A stretch of 64,000 nucleotides of DNA, from contig NIVC01000040.1 of NCBI GenBank assembly GCA_002269645.1, positions 1,178,001 through 1,242,000 on the forward strand, written 5' to 3'. Positions 44,601 through 56,405 of the stretch are shown piece by piece. This stretch comes from Macrostomum lignano. Taxonomy: Eukaryota. A program made the position numbers and the translations under genes. Below the pieces are notes generated by a model. It was given only the letters and a program-made list of their open reading frames with translations. It did no database searches and was not told where the DNA came from. Position 1 is the stretch's first letter, and each line of letters begins with the position of its first letter.

Positions 44601-47600
44601 AACTTTGCTGCTTAAACGCTTCCTGAAGAATACAGGGACGATGTTGTCGGGACCCGGCGATTTGAACGCTTTGAACGTATCGGTGCCAGCTGGAGCAGCT
44701 GGAGGGCGCACTGCTGGTAAAGCAGGCGATCGCTGCATAGGTCTGTGGTCATCGACCACACACTCAGGATTATGAACCTGCGGAACGCATGTGGAGAAGA
44801 GTAGATTTAGCGAGCTTTCGGGCCTGGTAGTATAGTTATAATCCCGGTGACCGGTGTCGTGAATGAGAACTGACCAGCCGAGCTGTAAGGTGCTGCCTCT
44901 CAAGACTGGCGCAGTAGGCCTTCCAGGTGATCTTCCTGGCCTTTCGGATGCTACTTTTGAAGGTCCTCAGAAAAGAGTGACAGTTCTCCAGTTCCTCCGG
45001 GATGTTCGATTCACTCGCAAGGCTCGCCCTGCCGGTGCGGAGGGTATTCTTCTTCATCCGAGTGAGCTTAGGACTCCACCAGAGAGAGTATTTGCTGCTA
45101 GAATTAAAATTAGGTGCGTTGGTGTGATGACTTAGCTCGGCCGTGCTGTTCCTTGCCATCTATACCAAATGAGTTTGGTTTGTTGCACGCAATGTGTCAC
45201 TTCTATGTACTCTTGCGTTCTCTCTATCAACTGCTCAGCCTTCACGTTGTACCTTGTTCGCTTAAGCATACGCAACGTGCATTCCCTTCGGCTCTACTAT
45301 AAATACATGGTATTGAGAGACGCTAGCTCTCTATCTTGGTTCTAACTAAAACATAGTCTACAATAGTTGGTGCGAATTGCGGCGTTTAAGGTCTCAAACA
45401 AAGGTATTACATTGGTGTTCGATGCCCACTGAGGTCCTCGTCGGAGTCTGATCTCACGATCTCCGATCTCGCCTCTAGCTTGCTACAGGGTTGGGAACGG
45501 CATTAAAGTGCCGCCTGAGGATCTCGAGCTTGAGGACTCACCTCAACATCGATTGCCGACAGGGCAGCGCCTGGGCATCAGGAGGAAGACAACCTTTCAC
45601 GCACCGTCGCACTTCGTCAGAGCGTCCTCTTACTCAGTGAAGAAACCCATGTACAGGGTTTTGCAAGGATTTGCCATCGCTGATCTTGAAGTTTGGCTTC
45701 GCCGTCACATTGGCGTACGTACCGGCACTTGCCTTCTTGGGCGTCTTAGGATCCAGCGAGAGGTCGGTGCGCTGGTCTGCCCGTTGCCTTTTGCGCTCAA
45801 GGCCAGCCGAAGTTTTATCATCTCACTTGCGACGGGTGACGACCTGAAAGCCGTCGTTTTTAGACACACCCAACAGTGGCGGTGTAGGCCGAGGTGCGAG
45901 GGTTTCCGCTGGGTTCGCGGTGAGGTCAACCTTCATGTTTGAGGGTTGGGGGATTGACGGACTCCCAGCCGCGTGAAGTTTCGGCTCCTGAGCTGTTTTT
46001 GTACGCTTTATTTATCTATGAAGCGTAGGCTGGAATAAAGAAGCTAAGATCTAGAAAATGGGGTGGTTAACCGTGCGGGGGTGGATATACCTCCAGCAAG
46101 CTCCGGAGAATCCATCATGCAGCTGCTTTCGCTTCTTGTGCTATCCTTTTGTTTTTCAAACTCTTCAAGGACATTGATGGTGAAGTCGGTCATAAGATCC
46201 TCTATTTTAAAACTCTGGTTCAATGACTTGGGTGCATTCAGTTTCAATGGCTTGAGCATATTGTCTGCAGACCTGAGTAGGCTGTCTTGGGAGAGGAGGA
46301 CTTCTTTGTTGTCGATAAGGTACGAAAGCATTTCCTTGTCTGTTCTGTTGTAATGACCAATTCTTCCACAGGTGTAGCAAGTGGGTGGCGGAGCGTATCT
46401 CTGTCGCTGTAGCATGATCGCAGAAGTTTGGTGTTGCTGCATAAGTTTGCTCAATGTCGTATCACTACTACGAGTAGTCAATAGTGGGGCACTTGCTTCC
46501 CATTGCATGCCGCAACGAATTAATTGTTTCTCTGTCTCAATAGTTTCTCCTAACAATCTGTCTCGCAGAGAAGGTTGAGCATTAATAATGACTTGGAGGA
46601 TTAGGCTTTGTTCTTGATCAGTAAGGCGTTGTCTTTCTCGTGCAGCTACATGTAATTCTGCTGGTCCGATAGGTTGAGCTCCTGGGTTAGGTGGTGGTGG
46701 CTGGTGCAACGCTTTAATAATTTTGCGGACATCATCGACGAAGGTCAGGAAGGATTCCGTCAGACTCATTTTTCGGATATGAAGTTTGTGTAGAAGCACG
46801 GATCGATTGGTTCCACATCTGGCGAATTGTGTTCTTAGTTGTGTATCTAAAGTATGATAGTCTTGCTGAGCAGCAGCATTTAGTTTTCCATAAATTTCTC
46901 TGGCAGTACCTTCTAGCAGTGGAGGAAGAATAAGTGCCTTTTCTGGATTTTGTAGTCCATATTCGCAAGTTTCAAGGTCAAAGTGTTCAATGAATGTATT
47001 GAAATCCTTATCCATAGTATACATTCCAACAGTTTCCTTAACATCGCAATGCACTGTAGGGTTTCTTCAACTCGAGCCATATGTTCAAATGGAAACGGTA
47101 AAAGGACCAAATCGGGAACAATTTCCAAAGGGTTTCCAGATTGAATTTTCAAGGTGGTGAAAAAGTGCGTGCGTGTGCGTGTGTGTGTGTGTGCAAGCTC
47201 TTGTTTACTTAGGAAGAAAGGAAAAGTGGCACGGGGAGAAACTTTCTGTGTTGCCTTTACAAAAGGAAAGTAATTGAGTTAGGGTATTCCTGAATTTAAC
47301 AAAAGTATAAAGCGGTATGCAAAGGATCAAAGGGTCTATATGCAAACAATGGCAGTTCGGTAAAAAGTTCAAAAAAATTCAATAAAATGGACTTTGCTTC
47401 AAAGTGCTTTCAGCGATCTAGCCTGGTATATGCCTGGGCGAGATCACCAGTTGAAGAGTTTAAGAGTGATTATCAGTCACTCAAAAACTCCAACTTCTAT
47501 ACACTGGGAAACAAGTGCCTAGGTATAGGTAAAGTCAAATAGCTCTTACTGCTGCGGATCCTTTAGTGGCTTGTAGACGTCTTGGTTTGGCTTAGGTGAC

Positions 47601-50600
47601 TCGTTACCTCCGGGAGTCCTTGACTTTTATCTGTAGGTCGACCAAAGACGAGAGCGAATCAGAATTCCTTGACGGTCCTCGAGCTCGGAATTAACAATAG
47701 AACGCCCTAATGAACAATCGAATTCTCTAAGAACGTAAATGCTTACAAATTGGACAAGTGTGGTCCCTCAGAGATTGGTCTTCTTCTTTGTTCCTTCGGA
47801 GTCTTCTTAGAGACCGCTCTGAGTCTGAATTTTTGACTCGGATTTTCACTTATATTTATAGCAAAATTTTGGAGAAAAAACGGTTTGGGATCGGATATTT
47901 ACTTGGGTCATTCATGTTTGATTAAGCTTTCACGTATGCTTGAGCATTACCATATATGGGGTTAAGCAAATACAGCTGTTGGAATCCGGTTCCTTGATCA
48001 AACAATGTTGGTCTCACGTGGGGTTCTTAATCACTCTGTTAACGCGTGATTCCTAAAAATAGATATGACTCATTCTAGAATAAATTGACTTTCTTAGAAT
48101 ATTACTTTAAGTAGGGCATCACGGTATGGTTCCGGCTCTCTACAAGGTTCCAGCAGGCCCCAGCCCCCCAGCCAGTGTAAAGGCGCCAGGTCGGGTTGAC
48201 AGCCAACGCCAGAGCCCTTCCCCAAAGGAGCGGTCATTTAGAACCCGTGTGGCACCAGCACTAGCCACCTGCCCTGCAAAAGGCTGCAGGGGGTCCGCCC
48301 TCCATAGCAGGGGACAAGAACGAAGAAGCTCCAAAAAAATGAAGAGCTGGCAGATGTCACGGAGTCCCGCGGTTTAAGTTGCCATTGCAAATATACTTGA
48401 TGCAAGGTAAAAAATAAAAAGTTCAACTAATGTCATTTGTGAGTAGTTACAACTTTGGGCTTATAAAATGAGAAAACAGTATAAAAATAAAACTTTCACG
48501 ACAACTACCGGTATACATGCTTTAAAAACAACAGCTAGGCACGCATGCTAAGTAAAAAAATGGTAATCTTCGCTGCCCTAGATCAAATGTAATCAATATT
48601 TTTGTGATTAAAAGTGATTTATTCCTATTTTTTATGAAATTGGCACAAAAAACAGGAGCTTTGATTTTACATCCTGTTTTACTACTGTGGTCCTTGGGTG
48701 GAGCTCAGCTACGCAGGACTGGGGGTGGGTCTACACCACGCCCTCAGCAACTGTACAAGGCGTTTTACATGTATTCTTTATTCAAAGAATTCGTTATAAT
48801 CCCTTGCTTTGTTGTCTCCCAACGAGATGCAAAGATTGCTATAGTACGAGCGTATGTAATCCAATAAAACAAAATGATCAGCAGGAAGGACATCAGGAAA
48901 AAACAAAACAAATACGGCCGTCAGATCGAAGGTGTATTTCCTGAATACAGTATGCACGTATCAATAAAGAATCAACCTCATCTCATATCCACTAAAATGA
49001 ACGCAAAACTCAATAAAAATGTTTCGTGACGCTCGATCGTTCGATGTTGGCCTTTTGCCATAAGGTTTTAGTCAAAATGATTGCAGTGCATTGCAACCAG
49101 ATCGGAATCCGAGACGTAAAGTCACATCTTGATGGTAGATAACCCACCGGCACCTGTTTACATAGCAACCTACTTAGAAGCTCCATTAATATAAAAAGAG
49201 TCAAAGAACTCTAACGACCTCGCCGACATAAAGCGCAATTCCACCAAGTCTTGAGCTTGAGCACCTTACTGAGCTCAGTAGCCAGCCTGCTATCGGCATG
49301 CATGCCAAACTCTGATGTAGCATTTATTGATTTTTAATTTTCACACGAGTAAACTGTTGTCTCTTGTTGCAGAGCACCCGAACTGTAAGTTCATCATCAA
49401 TCCACACTTGTAACTATAATTTATTTGTGGTATTTAAGTACAAACGCTTTACTCAAGCTTTTGAATGTTCGATAAATCTACACTGGTGTTGGGACAATGG
49501 CAGAAACGGATCTCGCTCTCACTCCTATATTGACCCAATGAGCGTAGAGCAAGAGCTCAAGGTACCTTCGGTCCTCTGGCCGGACCCACTTCCAACTCTG
49601 AGCGGAAGATCGCGTCTTCGTTGGGATCGACGCGTCCCCAGGCAGACACAGTACAGTACGAATCTTCAGCCTTCTAAGAAATAACGCAGCTCACTCAACA
49701 TACTCTTGGATTCCACGAGTCCGACAGGCAAGCGAGCGACGGGCTTGGTTGCACGGAGCGCTGAGTAGTATCGTAGTTGACTGACTCAGCTGAGTGAGCT
49801 CTCGATCGTCTGAGTTTATCTAAGTATCTGAGTCTGAGTAGACTCTGCGCACCCTTATGCCGTCAACCTCCACTTAAAAATCATACAAATATTGTGCACT
49901 GCTTCACCCTTGGTGCACCGACCCCGACTACAACTGACAATGCGATTAGCGACTGTAGCTCCCTTTTACTTTACTTGTCCATGAGTTTGAGCATAAGCAG
50001 TGCTCTTTTTTATTTGCATTACAATTTCAGTTAAACTGCAAGGTTGCTACGTTCACGTCTATAAGGAAGTTGAGAATCTAAAATACCGCATATCAACCAG
50101 TGAGTCAATGACAATTGAGAGCTGCCAAAAGGACTGCAGTCGTTATACCTTCCGCTACTTTGGAGTCGCTACAACAGAATGCTTCTGCGGTGATTCAAAA
50201 ATTGCTAACAAAATATCTTTGAACAGATGTAATTACAGGTGTCCGGGAAACCCAAAGCAGATTTGCGGTGGTATTAACTCGATGGTTGTGTACGAGCAGC
50301 CCGCTACACTTGTTACAGCCTCTGCCGGTAAGAATGCCCTAATTTATTACGTTCAATTGTTCATTTATGAATGGTGTCATTGTCTCATTTCCTCGCTCGC
50401 TTATAGAGCGTAGTCTCTAGCTCACTCCTCGTCGGATTCTTAGTAAAAGAAAAAAGTGGAAGAAATTGTCGTCGACTTTATTCTTATCTATTGCAGAGAG
50501 TATGTTGTCTGACAGGTGAAACTAACAATCTCCTTTCACGTACAGACGCTTCCCGTCAATAACTTTGCTACTTCCGAGATCGTAATCTGTGCAGTTAGTG

Positions 50601-53600
50601 CACAGAAATTTCATTGGGTGCCATTGTACTGAACTAAAAACTGCTTCTGAGCAGCTGCAAGTTTGACAGTGGATGCGAAAACGAGGCTCGTTTGGGTAAA
50701 AAATAACCCACTTTCAGCACTGCCTTGTCGACGTGTGTTTATACCCGGTAGTATTTACTGTTTGCCGAATTTCGATAAAGAATTGATAAAGATTTCGATA
50801 ACAAATTGCTAGCCTTTTGCGCTCAAGGCCAGCCGAAGTTTTATCATCTCACTTGCGACAAGTGACGACCTGAAAGCCGTCGTTTTTAGACACACCCAAC
50901 AGTGGGGTTGGAGACCGAGGTGCGAGGGTTTCTGCTGGGTTTGCGGTGAGGTCAACCTTCATGTTGAAGGGTTGGGGGATTGACGGACCCCCAGCCGCGT
51001 GAAGTTTCGGCTCCTGAGCTGTTTTTGTACGCTTTATTTATCTATGAAGCGTAGGCTGGAATAAAGAAGCTAAGATCTAGAAAATGGGGCGGTTAACCGT
51101 GCGGGGGTGGATATACCTCCAGCAAGCTCCGGAGAATCCATCATGCAGCTGCTTTCGCTGCTTGTGCTATCCTTTTGTTTTTCAAACTCTTCAAGGACAT
51201 TGATTGTGAAGTCGGTCATAAGATCCTCTATTTTAAAACTCTGGTTCAATGACTTGGGTGTATTCAGTTTCAATGGCTTGAGCAAAATGATCAGCAGGAA
51301 GGACATCGGGAAAAACAAAACAAATACGGCCGTCAGATCGAAGGTGTTTTTCCTGAATACAGTATGCATGTACCAATAAAGAATCAACCTCATCTCATAT
51401 CCATAAAGCGCAATTCCACCAAGTCTTGAGCTTGAGCACCTTACTGAGCTCAGTAGCCAGCCTGCTATCGGCATGCATGCGAAACTCTGACGTAGCATTT
51501 ATTGATTTTTAATTTTCACACGAGTAAACTGTTTTCTCTTGTTGCAGAGCACCCGAACTGTAAGTTCCTCATCAATCCACGCTTGTTATTATAATTTTTT
51601 TGTGGTATTTAAGTGCAAACGCTTTACTCGAGCTTTTGAAAGTTCGGTAAATCTACACTGGTGTTGGGACAATGGCAGAAACGGATCTCGCTCTCACTCC
51701 TAAATTGACCCAATGAGCGTCAGAGCACGAGCTCAAGGTACCTTCGGTCCTCTGGCCGGACCCACTTCCAACTCTGAGCGGAAGATCGCGTCTTCGTTTG
51801 AATCGACCCGTCCCCAGGCAGACACAGTACAGTACGAATCTCCAGCCCTCTAAGAAATAACGCAGCTCACTCAACATGCTCTTGGATTCCACGAGTCCGA
51901 CAGGCAAGCGAGCGACGGGCTTGGTTGCACGGAGCGCTGAGTAGTATCGTAGTTGACTGACTCAGCTGAGTGAGCGTCTGAGTTTATCTGAGTATCTGAG
52001 TCTGAGTAGACTCTGCGCACCACCCATGTTATCAACCTCAACACACAAATCATACAAATATTGTGCACTGCTTCACCCTTGGGTGCACCGACCCCGACTA
52101 CAACTGACAATGCGACTAGCGACTGTAGCGCCCTTCTACTTTACTTCTTTATGAGTTGTAGCAGTAGCAATTCGCTTTCTTATTCGCATTACAATTTCAG
52201 TTAAACTGCAAGGTTGCTACGTTCACCTCAATAATGAAGATGAGAATTTAAAATACCGCATATCAACCAGCGAGTCAATGACAATTGAGAGCTGCCAAAA
52301 GGACTGCAGTCGCTATACTTATCGCTACTTTGGAGTCGCAAATAAAACAGAATGCTATTGCGGGGATTCACTAAGAAAAGAGCAAACTTCAAACGAATGT
52401 AATTACAGGTGTCCAGGAAATCTAAAGCAGATTTGCGGTGGTTCTGAGTACATGGTGGTGTACGAGCAGCCGGATATACTTCCTGCAGCCTCTGCTGGTG
52501 AGAATATTATAATTAATGGTCGTTGTTAGTGGTCTTGAACTCAAAGTCTTTTTTACGATTTTGTATGTCTCCATATACGTTTGAGTCTGAAGCAATCTGG
52601 AGCTAATCATGCACGTGCAGAGCAGTTGGCATTCACCAGGTGCTTGCCAAGTTACGTGGGTCTACTTGTAGAAAGCATAGGGCAGTCGTCGAAGCTTTAA
52701 AGTACGGAATACTCTGTAGTGCGCTTGTGGCCTCAGAAATAGCAGAGTTTCTCGGGCCGTATAACTGAGTTTCTATGCTCGCACGAGCGTATAGATTGAT
52801 GGCCGAAGCGCGGCTACACGTGTTACGCAGAGGCGGATCGATGAGATGCCAAAGTTTAACTGAGAGTTGCTAGTAGACCAATTAATCATTAAATAGAGAG
52901 TACGAGTAACGGTAAGGCCATGGCTTAAGGGAATTGCTGAGATACCGAGACTCAGAGGCGGATGCTGATGCTGGGTATGGGCGGATGCTGGGTAGACAGC
53001 TGGCTTTGAAGCGTTTGGCTTTGAACATCTCTTTCTTTAGAAATCTTAAAGAAGCGAGTATGTAATCTTACGAAGTCTTCTACACTTATTTTTTGGTTTA
53101 AATATTTTTCCCTCAACTGGGGCAATGATTGATTGCATTCGCAGAAAATGTTGTAGGGCCTCTGGGTCATTCCACAATTTCCATAGTATACTTGAGCTCT
53201 GGAACCAAACTATTTTTTACGAGTAACATTGAGCTTTCACGTGAATAACCGATCGTTCCGGTAGCGTACACTGCCCGAGCGGCAAGACACTGTTGTTGAC
53301 TATACTTTATGGCATTGAGTGCTGAGTGGCGTTGTCAATGGATCGAGGTTTTCCTGTTTTTCTCTTCCCCATATTCCTCTTGTCGGGATTGACTTATGTC
53401 AGTTTACGACCAGTCATTGGTGGATTCAATTTCGAAAGGAATTTTGGAATATTTTCTTCCTATAACTTAGCGAATAACGCGTCTTCACTTCTCTTGCTGT
53501 TTCGCAATCTGTTCCTTAGACTACGTATTCGCTTGCACAAACTGGTTCCCTCAACCAGCCGACGAGCAATCTTTTCACAATTTTGGCAAATGAGAAAGAT

Positions 53601-56374
53601 TCTTTGAACACTTGAATCGGTTATTTGATCCTTATCTGAGAGACTGTGCGGTTCACCGATCCTCTGATATTCCTCAATTGAGACTCCTCTGTATTTATAG
53701 TCAAGAGTGAGATGGGGTGAAGCGCGTTTAAACAAATCGGCTTTTATTATCATTCTGGCGAGAATTTAAATGAAGGAGCTGCTAACAAAAAATAGCAACA
53801 TCAATAATACAGTACTAAATACGCTGACAGATTAAAGAGATGAAGATCATACACGTATCGAGAAGCAATGGGCCTCATCTTCAGATTCAAATTCACACGA
53901 AGCTCAACATAAAAGTTTTGTGCCGTTTATTCGACTGAATAAAGCCTTTAGTCTGGAGTTTTTAGTCGAAACCGACAGTCGAATTGCAGTTTCACCAAGT
54001 CTTAGCACTTTACATGGAGCAGTAGCCAAACCTGCTATTGACAAATATTCAAACTACGACGTAGCTTTTACTGATTTTCCATTTTCAATTTTCAAACTGC
54101 TTTCTCCTCTTTCTCCTGTTGCAGAGCACCAGAACTGTAAGTTCATCATCAACCCACCAATATATGCTTATAATTTCTTTGTGGTATTTAAAGTGCCAAC
54201 GCTGCACTCAACTTTTTGAATGTTCGGTAAATTTACACTGGTGTTGGGACAATGACAGAAAATGATCTCACTCTCACTCCTAAATTAATCCAATTAATCT
54301 TGGAGCACGAGCTCAAGGTAGCTTCGGTCGTCTGGCCGGACCCACTTCGAACTCTGAGTGGAAGATCGCGTCTTCGTTGGGATCGACACGTCTCCAGGCA
54401 GACACAATACAGTACGAGTCTCCAGCCTGAAGTGTTAGTGGTGATCAGTGACTCGAAAATTCCCACTTCTAGACACTGGGGAACAAGTGCCACGAGGTGT
54501 ATGCAAAATCAAATAACTCTTACTGCAGCGGATCCTTTAGTAGCTTTTAGACGTCTTGGTTTGGCTTAGGTGACTCGTTACCTCCGGGAGTCCTTGACTT
54601 TTATCTGTGGGTCGACCAAAACCGAGAGCGAATCAGAATTTTTTGACGGTCCTCGAGCTCGGAATTAACAATAGAACGTGCGCCCTAATGAACAATTGAA
54701 TTCTCTGAATAACTGTATTAGGTCCTCCTGAAGGGCGTCTTATTCGCTACATCTGAAACGTAACGGATAACTCAAATCAAATCAATAATCCTCTAGGAAT
54801 ATATCCCAGGAAACAAGGAGGCCTTTCTCAAATGTATCGACAATGAACTGCTCTCGTATAACTCAATTAATCAACTTGTTATCACTAACAATCAAAGAAC
54901 TGAATCCTGTAAACGCTTACCAATTGGACAAGTGTGGTCCCTCAGAGATTGGTCTTCTTCTTTGTTCCTTCAGAGTCTTCTTAAAGACCGCTCTGAGTCT
55001 GAACTTTTTACTCAGATTTTCACTTATATTTATAGCAAAATTTTGGAGAAAAACCGGTTTAGGATCGGATACTTACTTACTCCAATTATGTTTGATTAAG
55101 CTGTCATGTATGTTTGATCATTACCATTATATGTGGTAAAGCAAATACAGCTGTTGGAAACCGGTTCCTTGATATAAAATGTTGGTCCCATGTGGGGTTC
55201 TGAATCACTCTGGTTGCGCATGATTCCTAAAAATAGATATGACTCATTCTAGAATAAATTGACTTTCTTTGAAGAATAATTTTAGTAGGGCATTACGGTA
55301 TGGTCTAATAAGTCTCTACAAGCCCTCTAAGAAATAACGCAGCTCACTCAACACACTCTTGGTCTCTTGCTCTCACTCAACAACCACAACACACAAATCA
55401 TATAAATATTGTGCACTGTTTCATCCTTGGGTACACCGATCCCGACTACAACTGGCAATGTGATTAGCGCCCTTTCACTTTACTTGTCCATGAGTTTGTT
55501 TAATTGTTTTGCATGAAAACCTTTCAGTTAAACTGGAAGGCTGCTACTTTCATTACGACGATCCGAGTTCCAACCTACGCCGCTACAAGTCATCCAACGA
55601 GTCCATGACAATCGAGAGCTGCCAAAAGGACTGCAGTGTCACTACTGATCGCTACTTTGGAGTAATAAGTGGAACGCATTGCTACTGCGGTGATTTAATT
55701 ATGAGTGCACAATTGTCTTTGAAAAAGTGTGATTACAGGTGTCCGGGAAATCCAAAGCAGATCTGCGGTGGTTCTATTACAATGGTTGTGTACGAGCAGC
55801 CCGCCTCTGCTGGTGAGTATAATCTATAAATCAATGTTCACTCTCATTTAATTATCGAATTCAATTTATTCAAACTTGGGTTTTCAGGATTTTTTTATAA
55901 TTCGTGCTCCGTCTCCGTATGGTTTTGTGCCTGAAGCAGTGAATGAAGGTTTGCAGGGAAGTTGCTGAGATGCCAATGCTGACGAGAGGATTTCTGAGAT
56001 AATAATGCTTTACTGGGAGTTGCTACTAGGCCTATAAATAATAACAATAATAATTTATTACACCTGCCCTAATGGACATGTGTGCAACCGACTGCTCAGC
56101 CGCAGTTATTGCGCGGTGCATCTGATAGCTGTGTATGGCTGTTCAATCCAAGGACTGGACTGGGGGGTCACGCACACACTCTTAATTACCCAAGCTATAA
56201 ATGCTGGCACTCATTTTACAGCTGGGTGAACTGAAGCAATGCAGTGAAGCAATGAATTATCTTGCTCAAGGACACAAATTGTTCTGACTTGCTCGAGAAT
56301 CGAACCCCCGACCTTCAAGTCATGAGTCCGACGCTTTAACTACTAGGCTACAACCCCATGTAGGCCAAGCATCA

Positions 56375-56405
<31 letters not shown>

